Source: Shigella phage vB_SdyM_006 | Strand: one strand, 5' to 3' | Length of the DNA stretch: 64,000 nucleotides | Sequence record: MK295204 | Part shown: positions 1 to 8,490 of the stretch, piece by piece | How the letters are laid out: the number at the start of each line of letters is the position of its first letter | Numbering within the stretch: position 1 is the stretch's first letter | Translations under genes and position numbers: made by a program | The notes under the pieces: model-generated | What the model was told of the DNA's origin: nothing | Database searches by the model: none | What the model saw: the letters and a program-made list of their open reading frames with translations, nothing else

Positions 1-112
1 TATCAAATTCTTCATTACCTAAACCAGTTAGGCTAATTCCATCGATACTAATATTCCATTGTCCAAAGCATAGCGTTGGATAAGACCCAGTCCACTCTAC
101 AAAAATTTTCAT
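1..112 (-). CDS. hypothetical protein, partial (start codon at 110-112, runs off the window edge)
   Basis: Open minus-strand frame from ATG at 110-112 to position 1 (MKIFVEWTGSYPTLCFGQWNISIDG...); not in the ORF track because it is truncated. Confidence 0.35.
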   Translation of the reverse strand, partial: MKIFVEWTGSYPTLCFGQWNISIDGISLTGLGNEEFD

Positions 113-230
113 GTAATTCCTTATAAACATACCACAATTGCAGTTAAAAATATAAAAACCATAACAGGAACATACCAAATGGTTTTTATAGCATCATTAG
201 GTTTTTCTGAGTCAAACATGATAATCTCGA

Positions 231-584
231 TTAATAATAAATAGTATTCCCAACATAAATTTTGTTTGGATTTGTAATATTATTTAAAATTTGTAAATAT
301 TCAACAGACACGCCAAGGTTCATAGCAATTTCGCTCAGTGTGTCATTAAATCGTACTGTATATGAAAATAAATTTGAATCACGATTAATTGACGCAGTTA
401 AAAAATCAACAGAATTCAGAACTTCAAAAGTCATCGCTTTGTCGTTGCCACTATTAAAGCCAATACCACGCTTAAGAATAGAAACGATAGTTGTACCTTC
501 ACCTGTTTCAGAAGCACCGATGATGTTACGTGTATCAACCATAAAACGTGATAAATCATCTGCAGAAGTTAAAATAATTTTCAT
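231..584 (-). CDS. LysM-domain protein (putative peptidoglycan-binding)
   Basis: C-terminal ~45 aa fit the LysM pattern (YTVRFNDTLSEIAMNLGVSVEYLQILNNITNPNKIYVGNTIY); no signal peptide. Confidence 0.6.
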   Translation of the reverse strand: MKIILTSADDLSRFMVDTRNIIGASETGEGTTIVSILKRGIGFNSGNDKAMTFEVLNSVDFLTASINRDSNLFSYTVRFNDTLSEIAMNLGVSVEYLQILNNITNPNKIYVGNTIYY

Positions 585-593
585 AGTATTTCC

Positions 594-986
594 TTACCAA
601 GAATAAGCAAAACCTGCACCAAGAGTAGAATTAGATTTGTTATCAAATGCACCAGACATTTTTAATGTTACATTTGTGTTTTCTGGATGAGCACCAAAAG
701 CGACAGCTACAGCTGAACCAGATTTATAACCACCAACACCTAAGCCTAAAGAAATGGTTTTAGAAAAATCTAATGGAACATTATTCATAGCAGAAGCAGA
801 AGCAAATCCAGCTTTTACTTGGTCCATTTTTCCGTCAACATCTTTAATATATCTATTCCAGGATTCATTTACAGTTCCTTCGTGAAAAGTATGATTAAGA
901 TTTGGACTAATCCAATTATTATCTGATGCAATTGAACCAGAACTCAAAACTAATAATGAAGCCATAAAAATAAATTTTAAATTCAT
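594..986 (-). CDS. secreted protein with YadA-like (trimeric autotransporter) C-terminal membrane-anchor domain
   Basis: N-terminal signal peptide (MNLKFIFMASLLVLSSGSIA); C-terminal alternating beta-strand pattern ending ...GAGFAYSW, like TAA anchors that end in Y-x-W. Confidence 0.5.
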   Translation of the reverse strand: MNLKFIFMASLLVLSSGSIASDNNWISPNLNHTFHEGTVNESWNRYIKDVDGKMDQVKAGFASASAMNNVPLDFSKTISLGLGVGGYKSGSAVAVAFGAHPENTNVTLKMSGAFDNKSNSTLGAGFAYSW

Positions 987-1127
987 AATTTTTTCCTTGT
1001 TTGTTTAAAGTAGAAACACTATATCATAGATTATATAAAAGCTAAATTTCTTTTATTTTAAAAACAAAAAAGGTCCAACATTTCTGTGGACCTTAAAAGC
1101 AACTTCTTTTATTATTTATTTTAAATT

Positions 1128-1203
1128 TGGTACACCTACGGGAATTCGAATCCCGGTTACACGCTCGAAAGGCGTGGGTCCTAGACCACTAGACGATAGG
1201 TGC
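1128..1203 (-). tRNA. tRNA-Glu (anticodon UUC)
   Basis: Manual cloverleaf on reverse complement: 7-bp acceptor stem, T-loop TTCGAAT, anticodon loop CTTTCGA, 3' CCA encoded. Confidence 0.8.
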
Positions 1204-1210
1204 ATTAAAA

Positions 1211-1302
1211 TGGAGGAGAGTATGGGATTCGAACCCATGGAACAGCGTAACTGTCCAACGGTTTTCAAGACCGTCTCAATAATCCATCTCTGACAACTCT
1301 CC
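1211..1302 (-). tRNA. tRNA-Ser (anticodon UGA), type II with long variable arm
   Basis: Acceptor GGAGAGT/ACTCTCC, anticodon loop CTTGAAA, long variable arm, T-loop TTCGAAT, CCA encoded. Confidence 0.8.
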
Positions 1303-1309
1303 AATATAA

Positions 1310-1627
1310 TTAAAACAGTAGACTATAAACAGTACCTTTACAATCTATAGGTTGTGTTTTTGAATATTCTTTAAATAGATTTAAATAACCAATTTCTTCA
1401 GGTTCCCATTGTCCTTCTAAACCATAACATGAACAATGTGAGCCGTTAACTTCCCAAAATATATCATTACTATCTTTGAAGATTACAGTAGCATACCCAG
1501 AATAATCTTCATAATCGTAATATGCTAAAATGATTTCTTTGTCATTAAGTGAATCCATAGGGATTTGGAATTCATGACAGATGTCTTCTTTTGAAGTAAA
1601 CAGTTCCATAAACACATTAGTTTTCAT
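1310..1627 (-). CDS. hypothetical protein
   Basis: Track ORF 1310..1720 trimmed to internal ATG at 1625-1627 (MKTNVF...) because the 5' extension overlaps tRNA-Asp. Confidence 0.45.
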   Translation of the reverse strand: MKTNVFMELFTSKEDICHEFQIPMDSLNDKEIILAYYDYEDYSGYATVIFKDSNDIFWEVNGSHCSCYGLEGQWEPEEIGYLNLFKEYSKTQPIDCKGTVYSLLF

Positions 1628-1650
1628 ATCAATATCCTCAAAATTAATTT

Positions 1651-1726
1651 TGGCGGTCTTACCGAGAATCGAACTCGGTGCTGTTCCGTGACAGGGAACT
1701 ATGTTAACCAGGTACACCATAAGACC
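1651..1726 (-). tRNA. tRNA-Asp (anticodon GUC)
   Basis: Acceptor GGTCTTA/TAAGACC, anticodon stem GTTCC/GGAAC with loop CTGTCAC, T-loop TTCGATT, CCA encoded. Confidence 0.8.
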
Positions 1727-1919
1727 TTAAAAATGTACCCATCCGGCTTTCCAGTCTGGTGAAGGGTTGTCACCTCTAGTTTAAACCTGCTAGTCAAGTA
1801 ATAATTGCATATCGTCCAATTATCAAAACCGTCTAGGTTATATTACACCACTTCCTAGAATACCGTCTAAGCGGACTTGATCGACGTAGATTACACCATA
1901 TACGTCTGATTGTGGAATT

Positions 1920-1994
1920 TGGAGCGATCTACGGGTATCGAACCCGTATCTTCTGGGTGGAAACCAGAAATAATAGCCATTATACTAAGATCGC
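1920..1994 (-). tRNA. tRNA-Gly (anticodon UCC)
   Basis: Perfect acceptor stem GCGATCT/AGATCGC, anticodon loop TTTCCAC, T-loop TTCGATA, CCA encoded. Confidence 0.85.
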
Positions 1995-2615
1995 ATATTT
2001 ATTAATAAATCTTCTTGCTTGGGTATGACTTAATCCTATATGTTTAGCAAATTTATTTAAGTTACCTCTTATTGAAATATCAAATGATTTTAATATTTCT
2101 AATCTATAATTAATTTCGTCTTTTGACAATGTAGAGGCATTATTAATAGAAATTTTGTTTTTAGATATATCCGAATGTCTCTTATTTTTAAAACCAAACG
2201 AATTTTTCTTTTTGCTAAAATCATATAATCCGAGTCTAAGTCTTTTCTTAAATGTATTAACTTGTTTACTTATAGTTAATTTAGATTTTGGCAATGAATT
2301 TATATAATCCCAACCACCTTCACCACCAACTTTTAAATTATATGTATTTTTGCTTTTAACAAATTTTTCTGTAACTATTTTGGCTTCATGTATAAACATG
2401 TCATACTTATTTTTATGAAATTTTAAAATAGTTTTTTCAAAATTTTCTTTGCCATATTTTTCTATGGCTTTTTTCAAAATCTTACCTGAACCAAAATATC
2501 CATCTTCTAAATCTTTGGTTTTATGAACACCTATATAAATTTTATTATTTATTTTATTTTTAATTTTGTATGTATAATAAAACATTATAGCCTTATTTAT
2601 CTTTTGGTACTCCAT
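1980..2615 (-). CDS. GIY-YIG homing endonuclease (Seg-like) embedded in the tRNA cluster
   Basis: N-terminal GIY-YIG motif (FYYTYKIKNKINNKIYIGV...GSG), basic C-terminal region; T4 segB sits in the equivalent tRNA region; 3' end overlaps tRNA-Gly by 15 nt. Confidence 0.6.
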   Translation of the reverse strand: MEYQKINKAIMFYYTYKIKNKINNKIYIGVHKTKDLEDGYFGSGKILKKAIEKYGKENFEKTILKFHKNKYDMFIHEAKIVTEKFVKSKNTYNLKVGGEGGWDYINSLPKSKLTISKQVNTFKKRLRLGLYDFSKKKNSFGFKNKRHSDISKNKISINNASTLSKDEINYRLEILKSFDISIRGNLNKFAKHIGLSHTQARRFINKYAILV

Positions 2616-2779
2616 TCTTTATTAGTTGCTTTATTAACAGCAGTAGAATAAGAATTTTTAATATCTTCTGTAACAGAATAGCCAGTTAACATAGTAGAAA
2701 TTAAAATAACATATCCAAGCATTAATAAAATACAAGATAAAAATCCTGCAATAATAAGAATTGTACCTAAAGTAGTCAT
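2597..2779 (-). CDS. small hydrophobic (membrane) protein
   Basis: Track ORF 2597..2890 trimmed to internal ATG at 2777-2779 (MTTLGTILIIAGFLSCILLMLGYVILI...) because the 5' extension overlaps tRNA-Met/Ile. Confidence 0.35.
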   Translation of the reverse strand: MTTLGTILIIAGFLSCILLMLGYVILISTMLTGYSVTEDIKNSYSTAVNKATNKEWSTKR

Positions 2780-2798
2780 ATTGTTCTCACAAATTATT

Positions 2799-2874
2799 TG
2801 GTGACCCACCATGGAATCGAACCATGCTCCAACGCTTATGAGGCGTTCGCTTTCAACCAGTAAGCTAGAGGGCC
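2799..2874 (-). tRNA. tRNA with CAU anticodon (Met, or Ile if lysidine-modified)
   Basis: Anticodon stem AACGC/GCGTT with loop CTCATAA, T-loop TTCGATT, CCA encoded; one T-T mismatch in acceptor stem. Confidence 0.7.
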
Positions 2875-2881
2875 TTGCAAT

Positions 2882-2966
2882 TGGTGGCACCGGGTAGACT
2901 CGAACTACCGAAGGCCGAAGCCTGGAGATTTACAGTCTCCTGTCATTGCCGCTAGACTACGATGCC
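2882..2966 (-). tRNA. tRNA-Tyr (anticodon GUA), type II
   Basis: Acceptor GGCATCG/CGGTGCC, discriminator A, anticodon loop CTGTAAA, long variable arm, CCA encoded. Confidence 0.8.
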
Positions 2967-3011
2967 TTTTCTTATCAATAACGACTAAAAATAATCGTTA
3001 TTAATCAGAAT

Positions 3012-3088
3012 TGGTACACACTACTGGATTCGAACCAGTGACCTACGGTTTAGAAGACCGTTGCTCTATCCATCTGAGCTAAGCATGC
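3012..3088 (-). tRNA. tRNA-Arg (anticodon UCU)
   Basis: D-stem GCTC/GAGC, anticodon stem ACGGT/ACCGT with loop CTTCTAA, T-loop TTCGAAT, CCA encoded; three G-U pairs in acceptor stem. Confidence 0.75.
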
Positions 3089-3089
3089 A

Positions 3090-3380
3090 TTATAAGTACT
3101 GTTTAATCAGTTCTTCGTTATTTTTAAAAAGAATAAAAATATTATCACGAACTTCAGTATCTGAGATATGCCATTTCATAGCATCAATTAAAATGTCTTT
3201 TGGGATCATATTATATAAATTATTTAGTAAAGCAATATTATTTATATCAATATCAACTTCAAATAATTCAAAAATACAACACGAAATAGAATCATAAAAA
3301 TCTTTAATGTCTATTTCATACTTAGACAAATTATTTATAAATTCTGTTTTAGCTTGTTCTGGATTATGTGCTTTAAACAT
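3090..3380 (-). CDS. hypothetical protein
   Basis: ORF in track, same strand as neighbours, no recognisable motif. Confidence 0.45.
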   Translation of the reverse strand: MFKAHNPEQAKTEFINNLSKYEIDIKDFYDSISCCIFELFEVDIDINNIALLNNLYNMIPKDILIDAMKWHISDTEVRDNIFILFKNNEELIKQYL

Positions 3381-3402
3381 TTTTATTCCTATTATTCTAA
3401 AA

Positions 3403-3477
3403 TGGCAGGCTCTGTAGGAATCGAACCCACGTCTTCGGATTTGGAATCCGGTATTCTACCGACTGAACTAAGAACCT
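3403..3477 (-). tRNA. tRNA-Trp (anticodon CCA)
   Basis: Acceptor AGGTTCT/AGAGCCT, anticodon loop TTCCAAA, T-loop TTCGATT, CCA encoded. Confidence 0.75.
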
Positions 3478-3478
3478 T

Positions 3479-3562
3479 TGGCGGGCAGTGTAGGATTCGA
3501 ACCTACGTCGTCAAATGACACGGATTAACAGTCCGCTGCTTAATCCACTCAGCCAACTACCC
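3479..3562 (-). tRNA. tRNA with GUU (Asn) anticodon but type-II architecture (13-nt variable arm)
   Basis: Acceptor GGGTAGT/ACTGCCC, discriminator G, 3-bp D-stem, anticodon stem GCGGA/TCCGT with loop CTGTTAA, variable-arm hairpin GTCATTTGAC, CCA encoded. Confidence 0.6.
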
Positions 3563-3898
3563 AATAATTTTTGCATCTTCTGAATAACTAGAAATACTAC
3601 CCCATTCTGAAGTATTAAATGAAACTTTATTTCCGTTTTTGAACTCTATAACTATATTTATATTGTCAACAGAAATCTCATTATCAGATGATTCTCTTTC
3701 TGAGGTTTTTAAATATGTATCCATAGTTTCAATAGTCACTTCTTCTGTTTGAAGAAGAGGTGAATAGTACTCAGCTAAATAAACTTTATTTACAATATCA
3801 CCAAAAATAGTTTTAGCAATATCAGTTAATTTAGTTGTTTCTTTTAATAAATGTTTCATAATATGTCCTTCACATGGAGTAGAAATTAATAATAACAC
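3557..3898 (-). CDS. hypothetical protein
   Basis: ORF in track; 3' end abuts tRNA. Confidence 0.45.
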   Translation of the reverse strand: MLLLISTPCEGHIMKHLLKETTKLTDIAKTIFGDIVNKVYLAEYYSPLLQTEEVTIETMDTYLKTSERESSDNEISVDNINIVIEFKNGNKVSFNTSEWGSISSYSEDAKIIG

Positions 3899-3922
3899 AA
3901 ATAATATGAAAGCATTTCTGTT

Positions 3923-4279
3923 TTAATATTTGTGTTTTGTTTTTCTAACTAATGTAACCTGAAAAGGTGTTTCCATACAATATGTATGGACAACAGAATC
4001 TTTGTCACGATTATGATAATATGGATAATAAGCTACACGATAACCTTCACGCGTAAATCCTAATAGAACGCCAACACTTAGTCCTTTACCGCCACCTATA
4101 GATGAGTAAGAGACAATATCACCAGGACTAATATGATTACCGATCATATCGTGTTTAGGTGTCCCTTGCGTCAACTTGTGGTGCATTTCGTATAGTTCAG
4201 GGTCTGTCTTTAAAATTTCAGAAAAACCTAATTGGTTCTCTGCCTTAAACAGAGAAAAAGCTTCTTGAATTGTCATCAC
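3923..4279 (-). CDS. hypothetical protein
   Basis: ORF in track; a 43-codon upstream ORF (4276..4406) overlaps its start in an ATGA arrangement. Confidence 0.5.
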   Translation of the reverse strand: MMTIQEAFSLFKAENQLGFSEILKTDPELYEMHHKLTQGTPKHDMIGNHISPGDIVSYSSIGGGKGLSVGVLLGFTREGYRVAYYPYYHNRDKDSVVHTYCMETPFQVTLVRKTKHKY

Positions 4280-4416
4280 CAGCCCTCGTCTTCGCGTTCT
4301 TGATAATTATAATAAGTATCACGTTCTTCGCCGTTAGATTCTTTTTTGGATTGATTTTCAAAAAAACGTTGTAGTTCTCTTGCTTCTCGGATTTCTTTTT
4401 CTGTCATAGTATATCC

Positions 4417-4791
4417 TTACTCTATCTCTTTATGATCGCCCACTTTATATTTTTCTAAAGCTTCATCTTTAGATTTAGCTTCAATTTCGTATAAAATAGG
4501 AGTGTACCATTCGCCACAAAAAACCGAATCGTTTGAGTCTATTAAATCAGCATGTTTATCAATATACTCTTTGATATCGTCTGGGCTATCTAAAAATTCT
4601 AGACACTCTTCTTCGTATCCAACCAATTCAATAAAATGTTCTAATACTGCAATATAGTATTTTTTATTAAGGTGACTAGTATTTAATCTAAATACTCTTC
4701 CTGTTGGAGGAACAACAGGTCGTATTTCCATAAGACCTTTATCAATCATTTCTTTAATGATTGGAAGATCTTGGATTTCTGGCCGTTGCAT
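4417..4791 (-). CDS. hypothetical protein
   Basis: ORF in track. Confidence 0.5.
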   Translation of the reverse strand: MQRPEIQDLPIIKEMIDKGLMEIRPVVPPTGRVFRLNTSHLNKKYYIAVLEHFIELVGYEEECLEFLDSPDDIKEYIDKHADLIDSNDSVFCGEWYTPILYEIEAKSKDEALEKYKVGDHKEIE

Positions 4792-4809
4792 AATATTCCT
4801 TAAATTTAA

Positions 4810-5097
4810 TCACGAAATTGATTTTACAAAATTCGGAAAAAGATTTTTAATAATAAAAATATGGATTATTGCAGAAATACCTGCACCCATAATTAGCACT
4901 ACAAATCCTAAAATAAGCCCAGCCATCATAGCATATTGCATATCTTCAGGAACACTCATAGCCCGTTCGTATTCAGAAAAGAATTTCTTTTGGACTAACC
5001 AATCATAAATAAACCAAAAATATAACCCGCATGAGCTTCCTACTAAAGTCAGCCAATAAATAAACCCAACAAAATTTTTAGTGCTCTCATTTTTCAT
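4810..5097 (-). CDS. hypothetical membrane protein
   Basis: ORF in track; two or three hydrophobic helices. Confidence 0.5.
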   Translation of the reverse strand: MKNESTKNFVGFIYWLTLVGSSCGLYFWFIYDWLVQKKFFSEYERAMSVPEDMQYAMMAGLILGFVVLIMGAGISAIIHIFIIKNLFPNFVKSIS

Positions 5098-5129
5098 AAT
5101 CTATTTCTCACAATTTTTGTTAACGAAAC

Positions 5130-5342
5130 TTAATAACCAAGTTCTTCAATAAAACCATCTAAGGACCAATTGTATTTCATTTCTGATTTACTGTAAACAA
5201 ATATTTTAGAGTTTTCAATTTTATCATAATCTTCTGGATTAACGTTGTTTGATAATGGGCACACTAATTTTAAGCATTCAATATTAGATGCAAATCCAAC
5301 AAATAAAAAATCAAGGTCTTTTAAAGAATAGATTTTAATCAT
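5130..5342 (-). CDS. hypothetical protein
   Basis: ORF in track. Confidence 0.4.
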   Translation of the reverse strand: MIKIYSLKDLDFLFVGFASNIECLKLVCPLSNNVNPEDYDKIENSKIFVYSKSEMKYNWSLDGFIEELGY

Positions 5343-5774
5343 TTAACTAATCTGCTTCAAAGGTTGAGTGATAATAGGTTTATCAACAAAATACACTTTC
5401 ATTTCATCGAAAACACGAATAAAATCATAATCATATTGTACAGGCTCACCAAGAATAGTTTGTAAAGCTTTTAATAAATTACTACTTGGAAAATATTTGT
5501 CTACAAATTCTTGAGAAATTTTTGATTCTGAAAGTAATTTATCTAAATTTGTTCTAATACCATCTTCAATGTCATAAAAATCTTCATTACAAAGATCTTC
5601 GCCACCATGATAACTTGGCTTAAAGATCATAAGAACATTTGAGAACATAGTCACTTCTTCTAGAGTGAGGCCATCAAAATACTGGGTAGAAAAATCATCT
5701 GCGTCATTTTCCCAAGTAGTAACAGAAATTAAATATCCTGATTTAACATTTAAGCCATTAATTAATTCTTTCAT
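5343..5774 (-). CDS. hypothetical protein
   Basis: ORF in track, abuts the preceding ORF. Confidence 0.5.
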   Translation of the reverse strand: MKELINGLNVKSGYLISVTTWENDADDFSTQYFDGLTLEEVTMFSNVLMIFKPSYHGGEDLCNEDFYDIEDGIRTNLDKLLSESKISQEFVDKYFPSSNLLKALQTILGEPVQYDYDFIRVFDEMKVYFVDKPIITQPLKQIS

Positions 5775-5844
5775 TTTATATACCGTGTTGTTTAAAAGAA
5801 TTTAATCATATACAAGAATATTTTTATGCGATTAAAAACCAAAA

Positions 5845-5868
5845 AAGAGACCGAAGTCTCTTTTTAAT
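5845..5868. terminator. bidirectional intrinsic terminator (hairpin AGAGACCGAAGTCTCT with A-run and T-run flanks)
   Basis: GC-rich 6-bp stem, CGAA loop, flanking A/T tracts. Confidence 0.55.
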
Positions 5869-5882
5869 TAGTTAGTATGGTT

Positions 5883-6161
5883 TTATAAAGTGCTCTTTAA
5901 AGCCTTTTCTATATCTTTTGAATTAAGATTAACTTCTGTTTTGGCCACTATAGCTTTAGAAATATTAAATTTCTTAAATTTTGAAGAATTTAAAATAGTT
6001 TTTAAATCTTTAGCTTCTATGACATCTACAACGTCATTTTCGTTTTTACTTCCAATAATTACAGCACGATAGCCTTCAATTTCATCATATTTAGAAAATC
6101 TATATTGGAATTCTACACTAAAATCTTTAGATTCATTCAAAAATTCATCAAATGTTTTCAT
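5883..6161 (-). CDS. hypothetical protein
   Basis: ORF in track; preceded by a sigma70-like promoter. Confidence 0.5.
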   Translation of the reverse strand: MKTFDEFLNESKDFSVEFQYRFSKYDEIEGYRAVIIGSKNENDVVDVIEAKDLKTILNSSKFKKFNISKAIVAKTEVNLNSKDIEKALKSTL

Positions 6162-6191
6162 TTTTAATCTCTGGTGTTTAAATTTATAAGT

Positions 6192-6220
6192 ATTATATCA
6201 CAATTTTTATGATTGTAAAC
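6192..6220 (-). promoter_or_regulatory. sigma70-like (T4 early-type) promoter: -35 GTTTAC, 17-bp spacer, TGn-TATAAT
   Basis: Read on minus strand: GTTTAC-aatcataaaaattgtga-TATAAT. Confidence 0.5.
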
Positions 6221-6222
6221 TG

Positions 6223-6495
6223 TTATTTTAAATATTGGACCATTTTATCTACCATATCATCATCTCTGACATTAAACAAATAATCTACTTCTTTGCTATT
6301 TTTCAGTATTTGCCATTCACCTGCACGATGTCGAACAAAAGTATATGCTCCTGATTTGAATGAATCACTACTAATTTTTTTGACATGTTTTATCTTAAGG
6401 CCTTCAACCTCGGCCCATGCCACAATTTGTTGGGCTGGGGTTAATCCATAATTTTTACGCTTAACTTCTGTTATGAATTCATTAAATGTTTTCAT
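6223..6495 (-). CDS. hypothetical protein
   Basis: ORF in track; first 21 nt nearly identical to the start of ORF 5883..6161. Confidence 0.5.
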   Translation of the reverse strand: MKTFNEFITEVKRKNYGLTPAQQIVAWAEVEGLKIKHVKKISSDSFKSGAYTFVRHRAGEWQILKNSKEVDYLFNVRDDDMVDKMVQYLK

Positions 6496-6526
6496 TTTTC
6501 AATTATTCCTCTTTAGTGGTTTAAAC

Positions 6527-6555
6527 ATACTATCGTCTTAAATTACGTATGTAAA

Positions 6556-6556
<1 letters not shown>
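6527..6556 (-). promoter_or_regulatory. possible sigma70-like promoter (-35 GTTTAC, 18-bp spacer, -10 TAGTAT)
   Basis: Read on minus strand upstream of ORF 6223..6495. Confidence 0.35.
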
Positions 6557-7232
<676 letters not shown>

Positions 7233-7252
<20 letters not shown>

Positions 7253-7892
7253 GTTTTACCTTTTTTTGAAAAATTTCTAAAGAATCATTATTTTCAATAA
7301 CAATATCACCTTCTAAAATAGGGAGGTCTTGTTCAGTGATATGGTCATCATTTGTAATTGTATTTTTTTTAATATGGATAATTTTACCTTTATTGTTTCG
7401 AACAGTATCAATTTCATGTACTTGTCGACAATCAGTAATAATAACAACATGACTTCTAGGGATTAATTTATCAATGTAATTGAAAACCATATCTACCCAG
7501 TACATTTTATCCATGCTTACAACAATATCAGTTCCAAGGGTCTGTAGGAACTTTCGAATTGTAAATTCATTATTATTTATAATAGGGATTTCTGGTATAT
7601 CACCTTTAAGACCATGACTTTTTAAATATCGAATACAGCGAATCATATAATCTTCGAATTGTTCTTGTGTCATATTTAATTTATATTCGCGATCAATGCC
7701 ATGTCCGTCAAAGTCATCATAGGTCAATTCAAACCCATTATAGTTTTGCCAATTTATAGACAAAGTGAATTTTAGATAATCGGCAAAAGCCATAGTGTGT
7801 GAAGTAATATTATTTTCTTCACAAATATCTTCAATAAATTTAGCACATGTATCTTTTCCGGAACGTTTTTTACCGGTCAAACCAATAATCAT
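7233..7892 (-). CDS. 1: deoxynucleoside monophosphate kinase (gp1)
   Basis: P-loop GLTGKKRSGKDT at N-terminus; synteny 57A-1-3. Confidence 0.75.
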
Positions 7893-7894
7893 AA

Positions 7895-8473
7895 TTACCT
7901 CATAGAAGGATGTAAGTTTCTACCTATTGAAATAGCGGAGTCTTGAATAGACGGACGAGATACTATAATTTTATTATTTTTCTCTATTTCGAAATATTTA
8001 AAGTTAAATACAACAGTCATATAAACCGCTGGGTCACCTTCGTTATCATAACCATATTCTATATCAGATATAGAAGAAGGCCAAGCGCCATAATAGTTAA
8101 ATGATATTAAGGATTCTTTTTTATCATTATCTAATATATGTAATATCAGTCCTTCAGGTTGTCCAGATGGGTCCCAGGCGGTATTATTATGGGTGATATA
8201 GTTATTAATTGATAACATCCATTTGTATATCTCTACGTAAGAGAGGAGTTCCTCGTCTAATAAAACTTTAGCTACTAATTCTCCATGTTCAAGTGTAGAA
8301 CCTGGTAAATTAGATCTACCAAGTCCTTTTGTTCCTAAAGGAACTTCAGTAATAGGTATTCTAACATCAGGAAGTGTAAAGCTTTGGACATTTAATGTAA
8401 ACGCTTCAGTTAATTTACTATCTGGTATATCAATTCTAAAATTTGTAGAATTTGTTTGATTAAAAAAACTCAT
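7895..8473 (-). CDS. 3: tail completion / sheath stabiliser protein (gp3-like)
   Basis: Position between gene 1 and gene 2, size 192 aa. Confidence 0.6.
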   Translation of the reverse strand: MSFFNQTNSTNFRIDIPDSKLTEAFTLNVQSFTLPDVRIPITEVPLGTKGLGRSNLPGSTLEHGELVAKVLLDEELLSYVEIYKWMLSINNYITHNNTAWDPSGQPEGLILHILDNDKKESLISFNYYGAWPSSISDIEYGYDNEGDPAVYMTVVFNFKYFEIEKNNKIIVSRPSIQDSAISIGRNLHPSMR

Positions 8474-8490
8474 ATTAGTTTCCTTGTTTT

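Noticed and set aside
120-230. AT-rich stem (AAAAACCAT...ATGGTTTTT) between the partial 5' ORF and the LysM gene
   Set aside because: Stem is almost entirely A/T with a 16-nt loop; too weak to call a terminator or regulatory structure.
1116-1304. 62-aa minus-strand ORF in the six-frame track
   Set aside because: Lies entirely within tRNA-Glu and tRNA-Ser; its amino-acid sequence is what structured tRNA DNA yields when translated.
2967-3011. Hairpin AATAACGA...TCGTTATT between tRNA-Tyr and tRNA-Arg
   Set aside because: Likely just a tRNA-precursor spacer structure; no evidence for an independent element.
3061-3297. 78-aa plus-strand ORF
   Set aside because: Overlaps tRNA-Arg and is antisense to the better-supported minus-strand ORF 3090..3380; no RBS.
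4276-4406. 43-codon minus-strand ORF (MTEKEIREARELQRFFENQSKK...) with ATGA overlap onto the next gene
   Set aside because: Plausible small gene, but too short and featureless to call as a CDS without expression or conservation data.
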